Source: an uncultured Christensenella sp.
Lineage (GTDB): Bacteria; Bacillota; Clostridia; Christensenellales; UBA1242
Direction: 5' to 3'
NCBI GenBank assembly: GCA_964367785.1
Contig: CAYIZE010000006.1
Span: forward strand, 1-32,999
Length of the DNA: 32,999 bases
The position numbers and the translations under genes were made by a program. Shown one piece after another: positions 26,360 to 32,999 of the stretch (positions within the stretch are counted from its first letter, which is position 1; every line of letters starts with the position of its first letter). Below the pieces are notes generated by a model. That model did no database searches and was not told the origin of the DNA. It saw only the letters and a list, made by a program, of their open reading frames with translations.

Positions 26360-26728
26360 ATGATTAACAAAATTAATAAAAACACTCAAAGACTAAGAAG
26401 ACATCTTAAAGTTAGAAAAAAAGTTTTTGGGACAACAAGCACACCTAGACTAAATGTTTACAGAAGTTCTACTAACATTTATGGTCAAATAATCAACGAT
26501 GAAACAGGTATGACATTATGCTCTGCCTCAACACTCACAAAAGATATCGCTGAAAGTTTGAAAGGTAAATTTAAAACAGAACAGGCTTTTGTGGTGGGTG
26601 AACACCTTGGAAATTTGGCAGTGAAATTGGGCATCAAAGAAGTGGTGTTTGACAGAGGTGGATATCTCTACACTGGACGAGTTTTGCAACTTGCAGAAGG
26701 TTCAAGAAAGGCAGGGTTAAAGTTCTAA
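26360..26728 (+). CDS. rplR: 50S ribosomal protein L18
   Basis: 122 aa. [18 protein letters not shown]...[13 protein letters not shown]. Confidence 0.97.
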   Translation: MINKINKNTQRLRRHLKVRKKVFGTTSTPRLNVYRSSTNIYGQIINDETGMTLCSASTLTKDIAESLKGKFKTEQAFVVGEHLGNLAVKLGIKEVVFDRGGYLYTGRVLQLAEGSRKAGLKF

Positions 26729-26739
26729 TGGAGGAAAAT

Positions 26740-27438
26740 ATGAAAGACGAAGTTTTAGATAAAAACATCGAAAGCCCAGTGGAAACAATAGCTGAAAATC
26801 CAGTGGAAAATGTTGCAGATGAGGTTGTAGAAGAAGTTAAAGCTGAAGTTAAACCTGTGAAAGCAGTGAAAACTGAAAAAACAACTTTAAGAACCGCAAC
26901 TGTGGCTAAACCTGATAAAAAATTCGATAGAAAGAGACCAGAAAGACCTGCCAGTCGCCGTGAAGACAGCGAGTTTGACAAAAAACTTGTGGAAGTTAGA
27001 CGTGTCACAAAAGTTGTGAAAGGTGGCAGAACAATGAGATTTAGCGCACTTGTGGTTGTTGGAAACAAAAAAGGCTTAGTGGGCGTCGGTTGCGGAAAAG
27101 CAAACGAAGTTCCAGAAGCTGTTGAAAAAGCAACTGTGAGAGCAAAAAAGAATTTGATTTCAGTGCCTATCGTTGGCACAACAATCCCACACAAAGTGGT
27201 GGGAAGATTCAGTGCTTCCAGAATTTTAATGTTCCCTGCACCAGAAGGTAAAGGCGTTATCGCTGGCGGAAGTGCAAGAGCAGTTGTGGAACTTGCTGGA
27301 ATTAAAGATATTGTCACAAAAGCACATGGCTCAAACAATAAAATTAACGGAGTGAAAGCAACTATCGAGGGTTTGAAACAACTTAGAACTCGTGAAGAAA
27401 TTGCAAATCTTCGTGGCAAAAAACTTGAAGAAATTTAA
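26740..27438 (+). CDS. rpsE: 30S ribosomal protein S5 with a ~70-aa acidic N-terminal extension
   Basis: Conserved core starts at [19 protein letters not shown] 26740 has GGAGG 5 nt upstream. The in-frame ATG at 26728, which overlaps the rplR stop, is the alternative start. Confidence 0.95.
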   Translation: MKDEVLDKNIESPVETIAENPVENVADEVVEEVKAEVKPVKAVKTEKTTLRTATVAKPDKKFDRKRPERPASRREDSEFDKKLVEVRRVTKVVKGGRTMRFSALVVVGNKKGLVGVGCGKANEVPEAVEKATVRAKKNLISVPIVGTTIPHKVVGRFSASRILMFPAPEGKGVIAGGSARAVVELAGIKDIVTKAHGSNNKINGVKATIEGLKQLRTREEIANLRGKKLEEI

Positions 27439-27458
27439 TCCGCTTAGGGAGAACAAAA

Positions 27459-27671
27459 ATGGAAAAGAAAAAACAAACAAAAAATGACTTGAAAAAATTG
27501 AAAGTTACCTATGTTAGAAGCGTTATTGGATACAATAAAAAACAAGCTAAAATTTTGGAAGCTTTGGGTTTTACAAAACTAAACTCAACAAAAATTTTCC
27601 CAAATAACGATTGTATTAAGGGAAGTTTGTTCAAAGTTAAGCATTTAGTGAAAGTGGAAGAAATCGACTAA
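27459..27671 (+). CDS. rpmD: 50S ribosomal protein L30
   Basis: 70 aa. [25 protein letters not shown]. Confidence 0.95.
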   Translation: MEKKKQTKNDLKKLKVTYVRSVIGYNKKQAKILEALGFTKLNSTKIFPNNDCIKGSLFKVKHLVKVEEID

Positions 27672-27705
27672 TTTCACAAAAAATTTTCGCGAAAGGAGAA
27701 AAATT

Positions 27706-28152
27706 ATGAACATTCAATCATTAAAACCTGCAGAGAATTCTCGCTTTAAACAAAAAAGATTAGGACGTGGAATTGGAAGTGGACTTGGCAAAACAAGTGG
27801 AAGAGGAATGAAAGGTCAAAATTCTAGAAGTGGCGGCGGGGTTCGTGTTGGTTTTGAGGGCGGACAAATGCCTCTAATCAGACGACTTCCACGACGTGGT
27901 TTTAACAACAAACTTTTTGCAAGGGAATATTCCATTGTTAATGTGGCTGACCTCAACAGATTTGACGACAAGTCAGTTGTTGACGGAGATGCACTCATTC
28001 AAATTGGAATTATCTCCAAAATTGAAAAATATGGTGTTAAAATTCTTGGAAATGGGAAACTTGAAAAATCATTAACCGTTAAAGCAAGCAAATTTTCGGC
28101 AGTAGCAAAAGATAAGATTGAAAAAGCAAACGGAACAGTTCAGGAGGTATAA
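27706..28152 (+). CDS. rplO: 50S ribosomal protein L15
   Basis: 148 aa. [28 protein letters not shown]. Confidence 0.97.
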   Translation: MNIQSLKPAENSRFKQKRLGRGIGSGLGKTSGRGMKGQNSRSGGGVRVGFEGGQMPLIRRLPRRGFNNKLFAREYSIVNVADLNRFDDKSVVDGDALIQIGIISKIEKYGVKILGNGKLEKSLTVKASKFSAVAKDKIEKANGTVQEV

Positions 28153-29456
28153 TGTTTAAAACTCTTAAAGAAGCATTTAGAATTAAAGATGTTAGAAAGA
28201 AGATTTTAATCACGCTTTTTCTACTACTCGTTTACAGAATTGGTTGCTGGCTTCCTACCCCAGGCATTGCTCTTGGAACATATCAACAAGCAGTGTCAAG
28301 TGGTGGCGATTTCCTGTCAATCATAAGTGCAGTGAGTGGTAGCGCATTAGCGAATGGAGCGATTTTAGCTCTGGGAGTTGTGCCATACATTAATGCATCG
28401 ATTATTATTCAACTTTTAACAGTAGCAATTCCGTCTCTTGGAGCCCTTTCCAAACAAGGAGAGGAAGGCAAGAAAAAGATGGCTCTATACACAAAAATAA
28501 CTGCTCTTATCCTTGCTATTGTGCAAAGCGTTGGCATCGTCATCGGCTTCGGCACAAGCAGTTTGGACACAGCAATATTCTTTGGTTCAGAGGCATTCAC
28601 AGGAATTCTTGTGGTGTGCGTACTCGTTGCAGGAGCAATGTTCACAGTGTGGCTTGGTGACAAAATCACCTCTCTTGGCATTGGGAATGGGCTTTCGCTC
28701 TTAATCTTCGTTGGACTTTTGTCCTCCGCTGGTCAGGCAGTTTACAGCAACATCGCAGGCATTTCAGCAAGCAACCTTGAAAACATTTGGACACTACTTA
28801 TCTTCCTCGTTGCACTTATTCTCATCTTTGGATTTATTGTCTTAATTGACAACACCGAACGGAGAGTTCCCGTGCAATATGCAAAACAAATCAAGGGAAG
28901 AAAGATTTATGGTGGGCAGAACACCAACATTCCAATCAAAATTAACGCTTCAGGCGTTATGCCAATCATCTTTGCAACAGCATTCATCAGTTTTCCACAA
29001 CTTATTATGAGTATCTTCTGGTATAGCACAGCGGAAGGTAGCGCATATATGTGGTATTCACAGAATTTGGGTGCAGGGACTTGGCTTTACAGTGTGCTTA
29101 TTGCAGTGCTAATCCTATTCTTCTCATACTTCTATTCTCAAATAAGTTTTAATCCAGAGGACGTATCTAGGCAGATTCAACAAAATGGCGGATTCATTCC
29201 TGGATATCGAGCAGGCAAACCAACTGCTGACTATTTGAAGAAAGTTTCCAACAGAATCACTCTTTGGGGAGCAATCTTCTTAGGACTCATCGCACTTGTG
29301 CCAACAATCATTTTTAACATTATTGGAACAAGCGGGTCGCTAGTTAATGCTTTCAGTGCCACAGGACTACTAATTGTCGTTTCGGTCGCACTTGAACTTA
29401 ATAAGCAAATTGATGCACAACTTTTGATGAGAAACTACAAAGGATTTTTAAAATAG
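28152..29456 (+). CDS. secY: Preprotein translocase subunit SecY
   Basis: 434 aa, 10-TM pattern, ALGVVPYINASIIIQLL motif. Conserved position after rplO. Confidence 0.98.
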   Translation: MFKTLKEAFRIKDVRKKILITLFLLLVYRIGCWLPTPGIALGTYQQAVSSGGDFLSIISAVSGSALANGAILALGVVPYINASIIIQLLTVAIPSLGALSKQGEEGKKKMALYTKITALILAIVQSVGIVIGFGTSSLDTAIFFGSEAFTGILVVCVLVAGAMFTVWLGDKITSLGIGNGLSLLIFVGLLSSAGQAVYSNIAGISASNLENIWTLLIFLVALILIFGFIVLIDNTERRVPVQYAKQIKGRKIYGGQNTNIPIKINASGVMPIIFATAFISFPQLIMSIFWYSTAEGSAYMWYSQNLGAGTWLYSVLIAVLILFFSYFYSQISFNPEDVSRQIQQNGGFIPGYRAGKPTADYLKKVSNRITLWGAIFLGLIALVPTIIFNIIGTSGSLVNAFSATGLLIVVSVALELNKQIDAQLLMRNYKGFLK

Positions 29457-29464
29457 GAGATAGT

Positions 29465-30085
29465 ATGAAGATTGTTTTACTAGGCCCTCCGGGGAGCGGA
29501 AAAGGCACACAAGCACAACTTATTTGCGAAAAATATTCAATTCCACACATTTCAACAGGCGATATTTTTAGAAAGAACATTTCAGAAAACACCGAACTTG
29601 GGAGAAAGGCAAAAGAATATATCAGCAAAGGTTCACTTGTTCCCGATTCTCTCACAATTTCCATTGTGCAAGACCGCTTGAAAGAGAAAGATTGCGAAAA
29701 TGGCTTCTTGCTGGACGGCTTTCCAAGAAATCTCTATCAAACACAAGAACTTGATAAGATGGTGGAAATTGACAAGGCTATTATGATTTCAATTAGTGAT
29801 GAGGAGATTATAAGACGCCTGACAGGACGAAGAATGTGCCGTAAATGTGGCAACCCCACTCATATAGATTGGCTTAAAGATGGAAAATGCGAGAAGTGTG
29901 GCGGAGAAGTTTACATTCGAGATGATGATAGTCCTGAGATTGTTAAAGCAAGGCTTGAAAAACAAAAGTTACCTTTGGAAGTTTTGCAGTTCTATAAAAA
30001 CAAAAACAAATATGCTGAAGTTAAATCTGCGCATAGAAAAGAAGATGTTTTTGAAAGAATTGATGAAATTTTGAAAGAACTTTAA
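29465..30085 (+). CDS. adk: Adenylate kinase (zinc-binding lid form)
   Basis: P-loop GPPGSGKGTQ. Lid Cys pairs CRKCG...CEKCGG. Confidence 0.98.
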   Translation: MKIVLLGPPGSGKGTQAQLICEKYSIPHISTGDIFRKNISENTELGRKAKEYISKGSLVPDSLTISIVQDRLKEKDCENGFLLDGFPRNLYQTQELDKMVEIDKAIMISISDEEIIRRLTGRRMCRKCGNPTHIDWLKDGKCEKCGGEVYIRDDDSPEIVKARLEKQKLPLEVLQFYKNKNKYAEVKSAHRKEDVFERIDEILKEL

Positions 30086-30101
30086 AAAAGAAGGCATTTT
30101 A

Positions 30102-30836
30102 ATGATTATTATTAAAACAGAAAAAGAAATTGAACTTTTAAGAAAGGCTGGAGAAATAACACGGAACACTTTGCTTGAAGTTGAAAAATACGTCAAGCCG
30201 GGAGTTACCACAAAACAACTAGATAAAATTGCTTATGAATTTATTACAAAAAACAACGCCAAACCATCATTTTTGCACCTTGGAGGATTTCCTGCCACCA
30301 TATGTGCGTCTGTTAATGAGGTTGTGGTTCACGGATTTCCAAATGACACCCCACTTGAAGAAGGCGACATTGTTAGCATTGATGTTGGGGCATGCTTTAA
30401 AGGATATCACGGTGACAGCGCAAGAACGTTTCCAGTTGGAAATATTAGCGCAGAAAAACAGAAACTTATTGATGTGACAAAACAAAGTTTTTTTGAAGGC
30501 ATCAAGAATATCAAGGAAGGAAAAACTGTTGGCGATATTTCATCACAAGTCCAAAACTACGTTGAAAAATTTGGTTTCGGAGTTGTTAGAGATATGGTGG
30601 GACACGGTGTCGGCAAGCAACTTCACGAAGATCCTGAAGTTCCAAACTTTGGATATGCAGGACTAGGGCCAAAACTAAAAGCAAATATGGTGATTGCCAT
30701 TGAGCCTATGGTGAATATGGGGAGTTACGAAGTGATAATCCATGGCTGGAGTTGTAAGACGAGCGACGGATTGCCATCTGCACACTATGAAAACACCTTA
30801 CTGATTACTGAAAACGGAGTGGAAGTTTTAACTTAA
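30102..30836 (+). CDS. map: Type I methionine aminopeptidase
   Basis: 244 aa. VVHGFPN, SIDVGA, GHGVG and IEPM metal-ligand motifs. Confidence 0.97.
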   Translation: MIIIKTEKEIELLRKAGEITRNTLLEVEKYVKPGVTTKQLDKIAYEFITKNNAKPSFLHLGGFPATICASVNEVVVHGFPNDTPLEEGDIVSIDVGACFKGYHGDSARTFPVGNISAEKQKLIDVTKQSFFEGIKNIKEGKTVGDISSQVQNYVEKFGFGVVRDMVGHGVGKQLHEDPEVPNFGYAGLGPKLKANMVIAIEPMVNMGSYEVIIHGWSCKTSDGLPSAHYENTLLITENGVEVLT

Positions 30837-30849
30837 AAGGAGTTCATTC

Positions 30850-31101
30850 GTGCAAGAAATTTTAAGTATTGTAGAGTCTAAAAAAGGTCACGACATAGGA
30901 AGATTATATATTGTCACAAAAATTGAAGGTGAATTTGCTTATGTTTGTGACGGAAAATATCGACTTATTACAAATCCTAAAAAGAAAAGACTTATTCATT
31001 TAAGAGACCTTCACATAAAATTCACGCAGGATAAACAACTAAAAGACTTGCAAGATTTTGAGATTAAGACATTTCTAAGAGGCATTTCGCACAAAGATTG
31101 A
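30850..31101 (+). CDS. KOW-domain RNA-binding protein (small conserved protein between map and infA)
   Basis: 83 aa. GTG start 6 nt after AAGGAG. GRLYIVTKIEGEFAYVCDGKYR...PKKKRLIHL resembles the L14e-like KOW protein found at this locus in Clostridia, as recalled. Confidence 0.7.
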   Translation: MQEILSIVESKKGHDIGRLYIVTKIEGEFAYVCDGKYRLITNPKKKRLIHLRDLHIKFTQDKQLKDLQDFEIKTFLRGISHKD

Positions 31102-31128
31102 ACTTTATACCCAAAAAAAGGAGAAAAT

Positions 31129-31353
31129 ATGGCAAAATCAGATTGTTTGGAAACAGAAGGAATCGTAACCGAAGTTTTGCCAAACGCAACGTTTAAAGTA
31201 AAACTTCAAAACGCACACATCATTACTTGCTACATTTCTGGAAAACTTCGAATGAATTTCATCAAAATTCTTGTGGGGGATTCTGTGAAAGTGGAAATGA
31301 GCCCTTATGACTTGACAAAGGGCAGAATTACTTGGAGAAGTAAGTCGAACTAG
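31129..31353 (+). CDS. infA: Translation initiation factor IF-1
   Basis: 74 aa. [21 protein letters not shown]...[35 protein letters not shown]. Confidence 0.98.
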   Translation: MAKSDCLETEGIVTEVLPNATFKVKLQNAHIITCYISGKLRMNFIKILVGDSVKVEMSPYDLTKGRITWRSKSN

Positions 31354-31378
31354 TTTGAAAAAATAAGGAGAAGAAAAA

Positions 31379-31492
31379 ATGAAAGTTAGACCATCAGTAA
31401 AACCAATTTGCGATAAATGCAAAGTGATTAAAAGAGAAGGCAAAGTCATGGTGATTTGCCAAAACAAAAAACATAAACAGACCCAAGGCTAA
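31379..31492 (+). CDS. rpmJ: 50S ribosomal protein L36 (zinc form; not in the supplied ORF track)
   Basis: Hand translation: [37 protein letters not shown] (37 aa). SD AAGGAG upstream. Confidence 0.95.
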   Translation: MKVRPSVKPICDKCKVIKREGKVMVICQNKKHKQTQG

Positions 31493-31598
31493 GATGTCGA
31501 AGATAACATTTCTGTGGCGGCTAAAAAGTCCTTTTTGAAAATAAAGGCAAATTCACAGAGTGAGAAAATAAAAAAATAAATTTTATGGAGGAGTAAAA

Positions 31599-31976
31599 AT
31601 GGCTCGTATTGCTGGTGTTGATTTACCAAACGAGAAAAGGCTTGAAATCGGGCTTACCTATATAAAGGGTATCGGCAGAGTGACAAGCAACAAAATCTTA
31701 AAAGAAACAGATATTAGTGGTGACATTCGTGTTAAAGAACTTGATGAAACACAAGTGGCAACGCTTAGAAATTACATTGAGAAACATTTGATTGTTGAGG
31801 GAGACCTAACAAGAGAAGTGTCGCTCAATATTAAAGGACTGTCTGAAATAGGCAGTTATCGTGGCATTAGGCACAGAAAAGGACTTACTGTGAGAGGTCA
31901 AAGCACAAAACAAAATGCTAGAACGAGAAAAGGGCCAAGAAAGACAGTTGCTAAAAAGAAAGTCGAAAGGAAATAG
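31599..31976 (+). CDS. rpsM: 30S ribosomal protein S13
   Basis: 125 aa. [14 protein letters not shown]. Confidence 0.98.
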   Translation: MARIAGVDLPNEKRLEIGLTYIKGIGRVTSNKILKETDISGDIRVKELDETQVATLRNYIEKHLIVEGDLTREVSLNIKGLSEIGSYRGIRHRKGLTVRGQSTKQNARTRKGPRKTVAKKKVERK

Positions 31977-31993
31977 GGTGAAGGAGTAGAATT

Positions 31994-32389
31994 ATGGCAG
32001 GATCAACAAAAAAAGTTATTAGAAAGAAAAAGCAGACTAAAAATATTGATAAAGGCGCTGTTCACATTCAAGCATCTTTTAACAACACATTAGTTACATT
32101 CACCGACCTTGCAGGAAACACATTGTCATGGTGCAGTGCTGGATCGCTTGGTTTTAAAGGTGCAAGAAAAAGCACTCCTTTTGCTGCTCAACAAGCAGTG
32201 GAAGCAGCCGCAAAACTTGCAAAAGAACAAGGAATTAAAACAGTCGAAGTTTATATCAAAGGACCCGGCAATGGAAGAGAGGCTGCGATTAGAGCAATCA
32301 GTACAGCAGAAATTAGTGTAACTAAGATTTGTGATGTGTCGCCAATCCCTCACAACGGTTGTCGCCCTCCAAAGAAGAGAAGAATTTAA
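31994..32389 (+). CDS. rpsK: 30S ribosomal protein S11
   Basis: 131 aa. [26 protein letters not shown]...[12 protein letters not shown]. Confidence 0.98.
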   Translation: MAGSTKKVIRKKKQTKNIDKGAVHIQASFNNTLVTFTDLAGNTLSWCSAGSLGFKGARKSTPFAAQQAVEAAAKLAKEQGIKTVEVYIKGPGNGREAAIRAISTAEISVTKICDVSPIPHNGCRPPKKRRI

Positions 32390-32406
32390 AAGGAGAATGG
32401 AAAATA

Positions 32407-32999
32407 ATGGCAAAATATACAGAGGCAGATTGCAGACTTTGCAGGAGAGAAGGTTGTAAACTTTTCTTGAAAGGTGACAGATGTATTTCTCCAAAGTGCG
32501 CAATGGAAAAAAGACCGGTTGTTCCTGGACAACATGGCATGGGCAGAAAGAAAGTGACTGAATATGGAACTCAGCTTCGTGAAAAGCAAAAAGTTAAAAG
32601 AGCATATGGTATGCTTGAAAAACAATTCAGACACAACTATGAAAAAGCAACTCGTATGAAAGGTGTTGTGGGCGAAAATATGCTCAGTTTGCTTGAAAGA
32701 AGACTCGACAATGTTATTTATAGAATGGGCATTGGCGACAGCAGAAGTGAAAGCAGACAAATTGTCAATCATGGACATATTTGCGTGAATGGTAAAGTGG
32801 TGGATATTCCTTCTTACATCGTGGAGGAAGGCAACGAAGTTTCAGTGAAAGAAAGTAAGAGAGATTTACCAAAGTTCAAACAACTTCGTGGAATTAAAAT
32901 TGTTATGCCAAAGTGGTTGGAATTTAACACCGACACAATGGTGGGCAAGATTTTAGCATTGCCAAAGAGAGATGATATCGATCTCAATATTCAAGAACA
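32407..32999 (+). CDS. rpsD: 30S ribosomal protein S4 (zinc-ribbon form), 3' end truncated by the window edge; not in the ORF track
   Basis: Hand translation: MAKYTEADCRLCRREGCKLFLKGDRCISPKCAMEKRPVVPGQHG...LERRLDNVIYRMG...VNHGHICVNGKVVDIPSY. The frame stays open to position 32999. Confidence 0.95.
   Translation, partial: MAKYTEADCRLCRREGCKLFLKGDRCISPKCAMEKRPVVPGQHGMGRKKVTEYGTQLREKQKVKRAYGMLEKQFRHNYEKATRMKGVVGENMLSLLERRLDNVIYRMGIGDSRSESRQIVNHGHICVNGKVVDIPSYIVEEGNEVSVKESKRDLPKFKQLRGIKIVMPKWLEFNTDTMVGKILALPKRDDIDLNIQE

Noticed and set aside
22641-27419. Long antisense ORFs inside the ribosomal operon, for example 22641-23111 (156 aa), 23969-24553 (194 aa), 24677-25300 (207 aa) and 26634-27419 (261 aa).
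   Set aside because: Each lies opposite an unmistakable conserved r-protein gene. They have low-complexity Ser/Phe/Thr-rich translations and no SD. They are the expected mirror-frame artefacts of purine-rich sense codons in AT-rich genomes.

Overview
This is an AT-rich chromosomal segment, about mid-30s % GC judged by eye, from a low-GC Gram-positive bacterium that looks Clostridia-like (Bacillota). It uses the standard genetic code: TGA acts as a stop in addB, rplP and rplN. About half the window is core translation machinery. Gene order is: 3' end of a 16S rRNA gene that runs into a terminator with no tRNA, 23S or 5S downstream; a HAD-IB hydrolase; L10 leader-rplJ-rplL; a two-domain DUF1540 protein (-); a stand-alone rplI; an orphan 330-aa protein plus a YugP-like Zn peptidase (-); a small coiled-coil protein; addB-addA; a 779-aa membrane, coiled-coil and polyampholyte orphan; a PRC-barrel protein (-); an SPFH (YdjI-like) zinc-ribbon protein; a DUF1858 redox-disulfide protein; a 57-aa DUF1540 ORF missing from the ORF track; then a complete S10-spc-alpha ribosomal super-operon from rpsJ to rpsD. 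That operon includes secY, adk, map, a KOW protein and infA, plus rpmJ and a 3'-truncated rpsD that are also missing from the track. I saw no CRISPR array, transposase, integrase, tRNA or recognisable defence system, and I cannot honestly claim a clearly novel system. The features most worth a second look are the unlinked 16S gene with a non-GNRA helix-45 loop, the 779-aa membrane-anchored coiled-coil protein and its PRC/SPFH neighbours, and the large extensions on L24 (zinc ribbon plus a Lys/Ala/Thr tail) and S5 (acidic N-terminus). Also notable are apparently leaderless accessory genes and a triple-hairpin array containing a 28-nt perfect palindrome.
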